A DNA stretch of 64,000 nucleotides from Candidatus Cloacimonadales bacterium (GCA_963662655.2 CAXXTU010000002.1:2752001-2816000), one strand, 5' to 3'; shown: positions 1-9,259, counted from the stretch's first letter. Notes: generated by a model not told the origin, from the sequence alone. Translations and numbers: made by a program.

Positions 1-444
1 AAGGCGGCTGTCACCGAAGTCGAAGCGCAAGTCGACGACCTGAAGCAGAAGGCGGAGGAGCCGAAGTCGCTGAAGCTCGACGCGCAAGCCGCGCTGGGCG
101 TCATCCGCGACGTGATGCTGAACCTGTCCTCGCTGAAGTCGGTCATCGATGGGGTGGTGGGTAAGGCGAACGACCTGCTCAACGCATCGCTCAAACAGCG
201 GCAGGCGATCACCCTCACCAACATCGCGTTCGGCGAGCAATCCGAGTCGATGCAGGAGTTTGCGTCGCGCATGCAGTCCGTTACTAACCACGGCGACGAG
301 GAGCTGCTCCCGCTCATGGCCAAGATGCGCCAGACGTTCAAGATGACGACCGAGGAAGTGCAGGCCATCACGCCCTACATCCTCGACTTCGCGGACGCTA
401 ACGCATCCACCGACGTCGAGGCGAAACAAAATAAACGATTATAG
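1..444 (+). pseudogene. Phage tail tape-measure-like protein, 5' end outside window, apparently truncated near 412-420
   Basis: Frame open from base 1 with helical Ala/Gln-rich sequence (ESMQEFASRMQSVTNHGDEELL...ILDFADA). GC-rich codons switch abruptly to AT-rich DNA just before the stop. Confidence 0.55.
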
Positions 445-460
445 AAATGAAATATTAAAC

Positions 461-520
461 TTGACATGGATCATTTGGTTTGATATGGATTTAATAATTA
501 ATCATGACAACATATGGAGG
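461..520 (+). promoter_or_regulatory. Putative sigma70 promoter and RBS of the cargo operon
   Basis: TTGACA at 461-466, weak -10 (TG-A-TATGGA) at 481-489, GGAGG at 516-520 before ATG 525. Confidence 0.4.
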
Positions 521-524
521 AATC

Positions 525-1391
525 ATGAGGCATTTTCTTCTCGCTATCGTGTTAATGGCTTGCAGCCTGCTTACAGCCGAAACCTGGATATACGAAAAGA
601 CTGTCGTCAAGCTTCCCATGGGGGAAGAAGACGGGCAATTGAGTGTAAGGTATATGGACAACATGCACGAAGGCCCTACGAGCTTTACAATCGATGAAGA
701 TGAAAATATCTATGTTAAAACAAGGAGAAAAAACATCATCAAGAAATTCGATAAAAACGGAAACTTTATCTGTGCGTCAAAATACGAAAAGGGTGCCGGT
801 GATGTCGTTCGATTCATTGGCTACCATGACGGTTACATTTACACGATGAGTGGAGACTTGCGCGTTGTGTGTCTGCGCAGATACACTCGTGATCTCGATT
901 TACATGACTTTCATCTGATACAAGCACAACCCAATACATTCTATGGCAGAAGTTTCATAGAGAGTAATTCGGGAGATTTTGGATTACTTAGAGGCAGTAA
1001 TCCCAAAGCAATTAGCGCAAGCAAATTGGTTCTACAGAATAACGTATACCATTTTCACAAAATGGAGTTATTCGATTCTTCCTACAAGCCAGTTGAACTA
1101 CAATCTGTATGGTCATCAGAAATCGGCCATCGCTTCATGGATTATGACACTTCAGGAAATTTATACTTTGAGAGATACATTCCTCACGAAGCAAACGATA
1201 TGGGCATCATTGATTCAAAGGGCTATTTCATTTCTACGAATGTGATATTCGAATCGAACAAGGAACATCATATTGCATTCATGGACAGCATCTATCCGAT
1301 TGTGCTGAAAAATGGTATCGTATATAATCTACTTGTCACGGAAGAAAGAATCGAACTCATCCGGTGGTATAAGACAGGAGAAGAAAAATGA
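525..1391 (+). CDS. Secreted hypothetical protein, NHL/beta-propeller-like
   Basis: Signal peptide MRHFLLAIVLMACSLLTA; GPTSFTIDEDENIYV...IKKFDKNGNFI repeat-like motif; RBS at 516-520. Confidence 0.6.
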   Translation: MRHFLLAIVLMACSLLTAETWIYEKTVVKLPMGEEDGQLSVRYMDNMHEGPTSFTIDEDENIYVKTRRKNIIKKFDKNGNFICASKYEKGAGDVVRFIGYHDGYIYTMSGDLRVVCLRRYTRDLDLHDFHLIQAQPNTFYGRSFIESNSGDFGLLRGSNPKAISASKLVLQNNVYHFHKMELFDSSYKPVELQSVWSSEIGHRFMDYDTSGNLYFERYIPHEANDMGIIDSKGYFISTNVIFESNKEHHIAFMDSIYPIVLKNGIVYNLLVTEERIELIRWYKTGEEK

Positions 1392-3226
1392 AAGCATTAT
1401 GGTCTATGGCTTTACTGCTTGCTGTGATTAGTATTTCTGCTGTAAACTTGGAACTTGCTGAACAATATCGTGATTTTGAGTGGACGGTTTTCCGGGCAAA
1501 CATTGATAGCCATCATGAACCCATTGGACGTGAACTCTATGGCTATACCGATGCCCATCCTTGTGACTGGGTGGACAGTATCGGGGCAATAATAACCGGA
1601 ATGCCCTATCATTATGGAGGAAAAGACACATTTGCACAATGGAACCGGGATTACGGACATAATAGTTTTGGGCCCGGAGCCCATAGCGCTCATCACTCGG
1701 ATTCAACCACCTGTTCAACATCCTGGGCAGCAGGCATTGACTGTTCAGGATTGGTTGGAAGATGTTGGGGAATTTCCGAGGCTTTAATGCCCAATTGCGG
1801 ATGCGGGTATTTAACTTCCATCTCAACTGAAATAACTAATCAGCAAATACAACCTGGTGATGCTTTTATCAGGACAGCATATGAAAGACACGCACGTTTG
1901 TGTTACGCGAGAATAGAAGAAGGTCTTAATTATCAGTGGGTTGAAGTTATTGAGGCAGCTTCAGGTGATTATAATAAGGTGGTTCTACTTCAATATACTA
2001 TCGAAGACATGATAGATCATGACTTCAGATGCTACTCCCACTCTAATCCCACCAACATCGCATCAGGCTCTGTATCCGGTACGTGGACGCTCGAAGACGG
2101 CCCATACTTGATCGGTGGCGATATCCAGGTCGATATGACATCGACACTGAGCATCGAGGCCGGCGTCAACGTCATCTTCACCGGGCACTACAAGTTCACC
2201 GTATATGGTCAATTGCTCGCGCTGGGCACCGAGGATATGAACATCTTTTTCACCGCGGAAAACACGACCGCCGGCTGGGGCGGACTGCGGTTCATCAACA
2301 ACAACACCAATGAATTCGAACAATCCCGGCTGGCACACTGCAAAATAGAATATGGAAACGCTCAGGGAGACTGGCCCGACAATGTGGGCGGGGGAATTTT
2401 ATGCCAGTATTCCAATACGATCATCGACACCTGCGTTGTCGCGAACAACCGTGCGGTCGCGGGTGGCGGCATCTACCTGAATCATTCCAACCCCGAGATC
2501 TATTACACGCTGATATCGGAGAATCACGCTCAGGAATTCGGTGGCGGAATCGCAGCCTACGACAACTGCATGTTCTTCCTCATGAACAACACGATTGTCG
2601 ATAATGTTGTGGATGTGTCAGGCAATGTAGGTGGTGGTATCTTCTGCGATATGTCCTGCTGGGCTTACATTGTAAATACGATCGTATGGGGCAATACGTC
2701 CTATCAGGTGTATCTGTTTTACGATAGAGATTATACGATCAATTATTGTAACATAGAGGATGCCGTATTTCTGGGTGATGGAAATTTCTCGAGCGATCCA
2801 CTGTTCAACGGATCGGACCCCACTCGCTACGAGCTAACGAGCAATTCGCCCTGTATCGACACCGGGCATCCCAATTATAGCGATTCGGACGGTACAAGAA
2901 GAGATGTCGGCGCTTTTCCGTATTTCCAGGTACCGGAGCCACCGGACGTAACGATCAGCATACAGAACAATCAGGTGAGTCTCGCCTGCGGAAGCGCGTC
3001 TCGCAATAGTTATGTTGTCTATTCGTCGGACGATCCGGAAGGGACTTTTGCAGAGGACGAGACAGGATCGTTCAACGGAAATATATGGACTGCGTCACTT
3101 GCAGGAAGCAAACGATTCTATTACGTCACAACTGTGACCGGCAGTCGAAATAATGTCGAGAATATGGAAACGATTCCGCTTAGAGAGCTTACTGAAAGGC
3201 ACAAACGACTTATGTTAAAACACTGA
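1388..3226 (+). CDS. Secreted modular protein: NlpC/P60-like cysteine hydrolase + right-handed beta-helix + C-terminal FN3-like domain
   Basis: Signal peptide; GMPYHYGG...AGIDCSGLV...H catalytic-type motif; GGGI repeats; DPLF...LTSNSPCIDTG...RDVGAFPY; overlaps upstream gene (ATGA). Confidence 0.7.
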   Translation: MKALWSMALLLAVISISAVNLELAEQYRDFEWTVFRANIDSHHEPIGRELYGYTDAHPCDWVDSIGAIITGMPYHYGGKDTFAQWNRDYGHNSFGPGAHSAHHSDSTTCSTSWAAGIDCSGLVGRCWGISEALMPNCGCGYLTSISTEITNQQIQPGDAFIRTAYERHARLCYARIEEGLNYQWVEVIEAASGDYNKVVLLQYTIEDMIDHDFRCYSHSNPTNIASGSVSGTWTLEDGPYLIGGDIQVDMTSTLSIEAGVNVIFTGHYKFTVYGQLLALGTEDMNIFFTAENTTAGWGGLRFINNNTNEFEQSRLAHCKIEYGNAQGDWPDNVGGGILCQYSNTIIDTCVVANNRAVAGGGIYLNHSNPEIYYTLISENHAQEFGGGIAAYDNCMFFLMNNTIVDNVVDVSGNVGGGIFCDMSCWAYIVNTIVWGNTSYQVYLFYDRDYTINYCNIEDAVFLGDGNFSSDPLFNGSDPTRYELTSNSPCIDTGHPNYSDSDGTRRDVGAFPYFQVPEPPDVTISIQNNQVSLACGSASRNSYVVYSSDDPEGTFAEDETGSFNGNIWTASLAGSKRFYYVTTVTGSRNNVENMETIPLRELTERHKRLMLKH

Positions 3227-4179
3227 TTCGCAGCCCTTTCAATTTCCTTTTCGACCTGCAAATCCTGCGTCTCGACTGGCTGCGCATGGTGCGCAAATTC
3301 CGCCAGTGGAACGGGCAACTCGCCTGCAACTGCGGCTTCCGCTACGCTCCTATGTTCAGCGGCGATTACGTCCCCGAGTTCCGCCTGCTCTTCTACTGCG
3401 AGCACGTCATCGAGGGCAACATCCAGTGCAAGGTGTACGCGCGCAAGTTCCGCTTCTACAACGCGATCTGCCGGATCGAGGACGGCGACGCCGAGATCGA
3501 CGAGAAGTCCGAAATCTACAGCACGACGCAGTATTCCGAGATGCTCGCTTGGCGCGACGAACTGTGCGCGGAGTACGTTCCGTTCGAACCGTGGGCTTCG
3601 GCGCGGACATTCCACCACAACGGCAACACCTATAGTATAGGAATAGAGGACGCTGATCTGGACGCGACCACCGCGCCGGAATACAAGTGCGTCGCCTACA
3701 CGGGCAACGCGATTCCGGCGAACCTATATCCGAAGGGCTTCTACGAGAGCGAGAACGAGCCGCTGGAGAAGCTCAAGGCCCTGAAAGCCGCGCTGCTCTT
3801 GCACAACCTGACCATCGTCTCGCTGCCCGGCGGCACGCTGCGGCTGGTGAACAAGGACGACGCCAGCAATACAGTTACCACCATCGACTCCGCCGACATC
3901 ATCGAGTTCAAGCGGAAGCGGCTCAATCGTTCGCGGCCCGACACCTCCGTCCTGGACTGTCTCGTGGGAAACACGACCAACCTGAAAGCCCTCATCGCCG
4001 ACTACTACGAGACGCTGTTTTGTCAGACGTGGAGCCTCGAAGCGACCGTCGACAACCTCGCCAAATACGACCTTGCGCTGTTCGACAAGCTCTTGATCGA
4101 GGGCGTGCAGTACCGCATCACCGAGTTGCAGCGCGACCCGAAGGCGGACGAATACAAGCTGAAGGCGTGGGAGGTCTGA
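3227..4179 (+). CDS. Phage tail-associated protein, probably 5'-truncated
   Basis: GC-rich phage-type codons resume near 3230 and the frame is open upstream of ATG 3286 without an RBS. C-terminus LFDKLLIEGVQYRITELQRD...YKLKAWE is tail-protein-like. Confidence 0.5.
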
Positions 4180-4628
4180 TGCTGTGCTACGACGGCTTTC
4201 GCATCATCTCCATCGCGGGTGGCGCGTACTCCGGGTTCGTGGTCGAGAGCGGCGTGATCGACTACCAACCGCAACGCAAGTTTCGCGTTGAGAAGCAGTG
4301 CGTCTTCGACCCGACGATCCTCATCCGCCGCGAGCCGTACAACGAGGACAGCATCGAGTGCGAGGCGTATCTTCCAGCGAATCAGTACGATGAGCTGTAC
4401 ACCATCCTGAGTGACGCTGACCAGCTCTACATCGAGTTCGACGCAGGCTCCGGCACGCTACAGTTCCCGGTCATCATCGATAAACTGCCCAAGCTCGTGG
4501 ACGACGCCCGGTCGCACAGAAGCCGCATAAAATTCACGCTCACCAGCATCTACAAACAGCTTTCGCCCATCGACTTCGACAGCGTGTTCGGCTACGGCAA
4601 CGGCTGGGGCGATTGCTGGGGATTTTAG
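4179..4628 (+). CDS. Phage hypothetical protein (tail module)
   Basis: TGATG coupling with upstream gene; 149 aa, MLCYDGFRII...GYGNGWGDCWGF. Confidence 0.65.
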   Translation: MLCYDGFRIISIAGGAYSGFVVESGVIDYQPQRKFRVEKQCVFDPTILIRREPYNEDSIECEAYLPANQYDELYTILSDADQLYIEFDAGSGTLQFPVIIDKLPKLVDDARSHRSRIKFTLTSIYKQLSPIDFDSVFGYGNGWGDCWGF

Positions 4629-4636
4629 GAGGACGC

Positions 4637-5611
4637 ATGCCCGAAACCACCAATTTCAACCTCTACAAGCCCCTCGCCGGTGAGTCCGGATGGGCCGCTG
4701 CGCTCAACGGCAACTTCGATACCATCGACGCGCTGCTCTACTCCCATCAGACCAGCATCGACGGTCACACCGGTACAGGCTCGAACAAGCACAACGCAGA
4801 GCAGATCCGCACCTCGGATGGCTCGGACGTGCAGTCCGCACTGGTGGCGAAAGCGAGCCTGCACCACTCGCATCAGGCCGAGGAAATCATCCTGCCCGAT
4901 AGCCAAGATTTGGGGCATCACATCGCGAGTATCAACGACGATATACAAAGTCTTGAAACAACGAAGGCTGCATTGCGGCACACACATCAATCGGATGACA
5001 TTCACTTTCCTGATGGCCGCGAGCTTGGGCAGCATATCGACAGCATCGACGACGACATAGATGCACTCCAGACCGGCAAGGCGGACGTCGAGCATGAGCA
5101 CGTTGAGTATGCCCTACAAACCGCCCTGGATACGGTTGAGAACACGCTCGATCTGTTGTTGCCCGACCTCGGTTCCGTCTCGCTGGGCGTGGACGTCGTC
5201 AACCGCAGCGGCGGCATCCGTATCCTGTTCAACACGACGCCTGCGGTGCACTTTTCGCAGGCTGAAATCCTCATCGAGAAAGACGGCGTGGAGGTGCATC
5301 ACGAGACGGTTCTGAGCACGTCCGTGTTCATCACGGGGAGCGAGCTGAGCGGCGTCGAGAACGGGGACGTACTCAACATCTCGGTAACCCTCTACAGCGG
5401 CCTCAGCTCGAAAATCAAGAAAGTCGACCACACCTACGCAACCACAACTTCACCGCTCGAGGAGCGCATCGAGACCATCGAAACGCAACTCACCCTCGGC
5501 AACATCATCGACGCTTTCGCACAGGACGAGGACGCACTGCAAGCCCTCGCCAACGTGCTACATTCCTCGAACACGCTGGCGCAGAAGGTCTCGGAGCTGA
5601 TGCAGACGTGA
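4637..5611 (+). CDS. Phage tail-fibre-like protein with HxH repeats
   Basis: RBS AGGAGG; N-terminus TTNFNLYKP...LNGNFDTIDA; KAxxxHxH motifs every 38 aa (4850, 4964, 5078). Confidence 0.65.
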   Translation: MPETTNFNLYKPLAGESGWAAALNGNFDTIDALLYSHQTSIDGHTGTGSNKHNAEQIRTSDGSDVQSALVAKASLHHSHQAEEIILPDSQDLGHHIASINDDIQSLETTKAALRHTHQSDDIHFPDGRELGQHIDSIDDDIDALQTGKADVEHEHVEYALQTALDTVENTLDLLLPDLGSVSLGVDVVNRSGGIRILFNTTPAVHFSQAEILIEKDGVEVHHETVLSTSVFITGSELSGVENGDVLNISVTLYSGLSSKIKKVDHTYATTTSPLEERIETIETQLTLGNIIDAFAQDEDALQALANVLHSSNTLAQKVSELMQT

Positions 5612-5850
5612 GCACGATTCGCCAGAACAGCGTGTGGGATCTGCTGAACCGCAAGACGAAGCCGACGGTCTCGACCGACCGCGATATCGCCTTCGTCAAG
5701 ACCATCTATTCCACCGTTGACGAGAAGGAAGATCTCGGCATCCACGACGAGAATCTCGTGCTGAGCGGCACGGATTTCCCGCCGGACGCGAAGCTAGGGC
5801 AGGTATTCATCAAGAACGGTAAACCATATATCTACAAGGAGAACGAATGA
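5608..5850 (+). CDS. Phage hypothetical protein
   Basis: GTGA overlap with upstream gene, 80 aa, same codon style. Confidence 0.6.
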   Translation: MSTIRQNSVWDLLNRKTKPTVSTDRDIAFVKTIYSTVDEKEDLGIHDENLVLSGTDFPPDAKLGQVFIKNGKPYIYKENE

Positions 5851-6005
5851 CGCAAACCGAACTCTACCAGACTACGAAACTGGAGCTAACTCACGAGTAC
5901 GAGCGGCTCCAGAGACTCATCCATGAATCGCGCGAGAAGCTGCTCAAGACCGAAGGTGCGCTGCTGCTGCTCGGTCGGCTCGAACGTGAAGCGAAGGGGG
6001 CGTAA
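5847..6005 (+). CDS. Small coiled-coil phage protein (52 aa, missing from the ORF track)
   Basis: ATGA overlap upstream, TAATG overlap downstream, RBS AAGGAG; MTQTELYQTTKLELTHEYERLQRLIHESREKLLKTEGALLLLGRLEREAKGA. Confidence 0.6.
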   Translation: MTQTELYQTTKLELTHEYERLQRLIHESREKLLKTEGALLLLGRLEREAKGA

Positions 6006-6481
6006 TGGCAGGCACATGGCAGGAAATCCTCGACTCCGGGCAACTCGGCGTCGCCAACGGCATCGCGCAGCTCGACAAGTCCGGCAAGCTGATCACCGAG
6101 CAGATCCCGCAGATCGAGCCGGGTAACATCACGGGCGTCCTCGAAGCGAGCCAGATCCCCGACCTCGACGCTTCCAAGATCACCACCGGCGTCTTCGTCG
6201 TGGATCGCGTACCCGACCTTGACGCCGCCAAGATCGCGACCGGCGCTCTCGCCACCGACCGCATCCCGACCCTCGCACAGAGCAAGATCACAGGCCTAAC
6301 TACAGCTCTCGCGGCCAAGGTCGAGACCCGCACCAAGATCAACGGCCACGCGCTGGAAGGAGATATCAAGCTCGAGACCACAGACATCATCGAGGAGGTC
6401 ACTGAGCTTCCAGAAGAGGGCGTCATCGGTGAGGTCGTGGCATACGGCGGGAAGCTGTACGTGTGGAGTGGTGATAAGTAG
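6005..6481 (+). CDS. Phage fibre-repeat protein
   Basis: NGIAQLDKSGK motif and ~18-aa IPDLDASKITTG repeats typical of tail fibres. Confidence 0.65.
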   Translation: MAGTWQEILDSGQLGVANGIAQLDKSGKLITEQIPQIEPGNITGVLEASQIPDLDASKITTGVFVVDRVPDLDAAKIATGALATDRIPTLAQSKITGLTTALAAKVETRTKINGHALEGDIKLETTDIIEEVTELPEEGVIGEVVAYGGKLYVWSGDK

Positions 6482-6497
6482 GATTATCGAGCATCGC

Positions 6498-6531
6498 AGG
6501 CCTGGGTCGAGAGATTCAGGCCTTTCTATTT
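6498..6531 (+). terminator. Rho-independent terminator of the tail operon
   Basis: AGGCCTGGGTC-GAGA-GATTCAGGCCT followed by TTCTATTT. Confidence 0.6.
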
Positions 6532-6557
6532 GCCTTGATTTCAGGACAATAGCTTCA

Positions 6558-6981
6558 TTTGTGCCAGCATGTTTTCCTTAAGGAAAAACTGCCGTCACTT
6601 GCAGTTTGACTGTAACTTGCCGATTGAAGAGAAGATAGCTGGTATTCGCATGAATGACATTCTGCTTTCTAAACCACTGCAACAACTGGAAAACGGCTCG
6701 AAACGATGGAAAAATTGCCGTCACTGGAAGGAAAGACTGCCGTCACTTGCAACTTGGGAAAGTGACTACATGAATGTGTTTGATGGTGCGGGAGATAAGG
6801 GCATTTCCTGTCACTTCGACTTGTTGCACGATGGAAAACATGCTGTCACAAAGTGGAAAATGAAGGTGTCACTTTACATAAGGAAAACATGCTGTCACAA
6901 AGTGGAAAATGAAGGTGTCACTTTACAAGTGGAAAATGAAGGTGTCACTTTACAACTTTACATTTACACAGTCATTTTACA
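6558..6981. repeat. Array of ~22-bp GGAAAA-N(6-8)-GTCAC motifs including tandem duplications
   Basis: GTCAC cores at 6594, 6720, 6742, 6810, 6845, 6868, 6894, 6917, 6944 and GTCAT at 6971. 6833-6878 is identical to 6882-6927; inverted copies at 6558-6580 and ~6760. Confidence 0.85.
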
Positions 6982-7013
6982 GCATTGCAGATAAACGATC
7001 TATAAGATAAAAG

Positions 7014-7090
7014 TGGTGGGTGATACTGGATTCGAACCAGTGACCTCATCGATGTGAACGATGCGCGCTAACCAGCTGTGCCAATCACCC
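7014..7090 (-). tRNA. tRNA-Val (CAC)
   Basis: 77-nt cloverleaf, anticodon arm CATCG-TT-CAC-AT-CGATG, GGTTCGAATCC T-loop, encoded CCA; one A-C mismatch in the D-stem. Confidence 0.95.
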
Positions 7091-7122
7091 ACTAAAATAA
7101 AAAAGCAGGTTTGTAAAAAAAG

Positions 7123-7199
7123 TGGTGGGTGATACTAGATTCGAACTAGTGACCCCTTCGATGTCAACGAAGTACTCTAACCAACTGAGCTAATCACCC
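7123..7199 (-). tRNA. tRNA-Val (GAC)
   Basis: 77-nt cloverleaf, anticodon arm CTTCG-TT-GAC-AT-CGAAG, encoded CCA. Confidence 0.95.
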
Positions 7200-7322
7200 A
7201 CGTACGTTTGAACGTGAAATAAACAATCCTCGAGAATGGGATTTTGTGTCAAGAATTTTTCGGCAAATCCTCACACATGCTATCATAGATGGGGGTCTCC
7301 CCCATTGAGATAACTCAATCCA

Positions 7323-8363
7323 TCAATAGTTTAGCGGAAGCGCGACCTTGTTGCCTGTCTTGGCCGACATATAGATCGCATGGATAATTTCCAGCGACTT
7401 TCGTCCATCTCTACCGTCGGTATGCGGCTTGGTATTCCCCAGGAGGGTGTCGATCACATTCTTGTAATACGGGATATGCCCAAATCCGTATACGTTCGGC
7501 GGTTGGTAATTCGTCTCCGTTACGATACGATCGTCGTCGTCATAGGACTCGAATTCCCACTTTTCGATCTTGTTGACCGCCATTCCGCCGATTTTGACGG
7601 AACCTTTTTCACCGAGGATCGTGATAGAGCCTTCGAAGTTCTTGGGGTAGGTGAGCATGGTTACGTTGATGTTACCAATGACACCGTTGCGGAACTTCAA
7701 GATGGCGCAGCCGGTATCCTCCGTCTCGATCTTCCTCGCCATCGTCGCGGTCTCAGCCAGCACATGATCGACTTCGCCGATCAGCCAGTGAAGCGCGTCC
7801 ACATAGTGACTTGCCTGATTCATGAACGCGCCGCCGTCAAACTCCCAGGTTCCGCGCCAGCTTGCCAGATCGTAATACTCTTGAGGCCTTTGCCAGAACA
7901 CGTTCGATTGAGCAAGGTAGATTCTCCCGAAGCGCTCCTTGTCGATAGCCCTCTTCAGGAGTTGCATAGTCGTATTGAGACGGTTTTGTTTAACCACGAA
8001 AAGCATGACTCGATTCTGGTCGCACGCCTTCACCAAGTCATCCGCTTCGCTCAGCCGTATTGCCATGGGTTTTTCCGTTATCACATGAATTCCACGATTC
8101 GCGGCCTCTATGCCAATTTCAGGATGAATCCCGCTTGGCGTACAGATGATAACCGCATCCGGTTTCTCTTTATCGAGCATCTCGAGGTAATTGGTGTAAT
8201 AGCTATTTACTCCATACTTCTCAGAAGCCTCTCTCGCTCTTTCTTCAACATTGTCCGCACAAGAAACGATGGTTGCATTATCCAGCTGTTTCATCGATTC
8301 AAAATGGTTTCTGGAGATTCTCCCACATCCAATCAGCGCAAATCGTATCCGTTCCATCGTCAT
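7323..8363 (-). CDS. Gfo/Idh/MocA oxidoreductase, WbpB/WlbA-like UDP-GlcNAcA 3-dehydrogenase
   Basis: GCGRIS Rossmann motif, EKPMA, VKQNRLN, DGGAFMNQASHYVD. Confidence 0.85.
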   Translation of the reverse strand: MTMERIRFALIGCGRISRNHFESMKQLDNATIVSCADNVEERAREASEKYGVNSYYTNYLEMLDKEKPDAVIICTPSGIHPEIGIEAANRGIHVITEKPMAIRLSEADDLVKACDQNRVMLFVVKQNRLNTTMQLLKRAIDKERFGRIYLAQSNVFWQRPQEYYDLASWRGTWEFDGGAFMNQASHYVDALHWLIGEVDHVLAETATMARKIETEDTGCAILKFRNGVIGNINVTMLTYPKNFEGSITILGEKGSVKIGGMAVNKIEKWEFESYDDDDRIVTETNYQPPNVYGFGHIPYYKNVIDTLLGNTKPHTDGRDGRKSLEIIHAIYMSAKTGNKVALPLNY

Positions 8364-8377
8364 TCCTCCAAAGTGAG

Positions 8378-9259
8378 TTACTCAACCCATTCCAGCAAGG
8401 AATAAAGGTACTGGCCATACTGGTTGTTTTTCATTTCCTCAGCTCTAATTTTTAGCTGTTCTCGCGTTATAAATTTCTGCCTGAATGCGATCTCTTCAAG
8501 ACACCCGATCTTGAGATATTGCCGCTCTTCATAAGCCCTGATAAACACCGATGCATCGGCTAAAGACTCGTGCGTTCCGGTGTCCAGCCATGCATATCCC
8601 CTACCGAGAATCTCGACGCTGAGCTTTTCCTGCCTCAGGTATTCTTTGTTCACATCCGTGATTTCCAGCTCGTTACGATTGGAAGGTTTTATATTTTTCG
8701 CAACTTCAATTACGCTGTTCGGGTAGTAGTACAAGCCAACAACCGCGTAATTCGATTTAGGTTTTTCCGGCTTCTCCTCAATCCCCAAAACCTTCTTGTC
8801 CTTGTCGAAATGAACCACGCCATAACGTTGCGGTTTGCTAACCCAGTAACCGAAAACTACGGACATTTTCTCATTTTCAACCGTCGTAACGGCATTATGA
8901 AGGAAGTCGACAAGCTTGTTCCCATAGAAGATGTTGTCGCCAAGAATCAAGCAGACATCATCGTCGCCAATGAAATCCTCACCGATGAGAAACGCCTGGG
9001 CGATGCCCTCCGGTTTGGGTTGCTCCTTGTAATTGAGATTGATGCCGAAATCGCTTCCATCTCCCAGAAGCCTTTGAAACATCGGTAGATCATCCGGGGT
9101 TGAAATAATGAGAATCTCCCTGATCCCGGACAGCATCAAGACGGATAAGGGGTAATATATCATCGGCTTATCGTGAACAGGGAGCAATTGCTTGCTCACT
9201 GCTTTCGTTGCCGGATAAAGCCTGGTTCCACTTCCACCTGCGAGGACTATTCCCTTCAT
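8378..9259 (-). CDS. rfbA: Glucose-1-phosphate thymidylyltransferase
   Basis: [47 protein letters not shown] before 9259. Confidence 0.95.
   Translation of the reverse strand: MKGIVLAGGSGTRLYPATKAVSKQLLPVHDKPMIYYPLSVLMLSGIREILIISTPDDLPMFQRLLGDGSDFGINLNYKEQPKPEGIAQAFLIGEDFIGDDDVCLILGDNIFYGNKLVDFLHNAVTTVENEKMSVVFGYWVSKPQRYGVVHFDKDKKVLGIEEKPEKPKSNYAVVGLYYYPNSVIEVAKNIKPSNRNELEITDVNKEYLRQEKLSVEILGRGYAWLDTGTHESLADASVFIRAYEERQYLKIGCLEEIAFRQKFITREQLKIRAEEMKNNQYGQYLYSLLEWVE

Larger units (their letters stand above)
1..6981. mobile_element. Right-hand part of an integrated phage-like element adjacent to tRNA-Val
   Basis: Tail-like genes, terminal repeat array and the tRNA 3' end 32 bp away. No integrase or transposase gene in the window. 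Confidence 0.6.

Noticed and set aside
3687..4178. N-terminal extension of the 313-aa ORF
   Set aside because: Arg-rich off-frame overlap with the upstream gene; the coupled ATG at 4179 is the better start.
1..6481. Diversity-generating retroelement or invertible tail-fibre switch
   Set aside because: No reverse transcriptase, template/variable repeat pair or invertase seen in the window.
6833..6954. CRISPR array
   Set aside because: Repeats abut each other with no unique spacers and no cas genes are present.
6569..6994. 141-aa ORF
   Set aside because: It is a translation of the DNA repeat array (VENEGVTL repeats) with no RBS.
7204..7221. Fifth parS site (GTTTGAACGTGAAAT)
   Set aside because: Only one half-site matches and it is not palindromic.
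7380..8405. Long + strand ORF
   Set aside because: Antisense shadow of the oxidoreductase gene.
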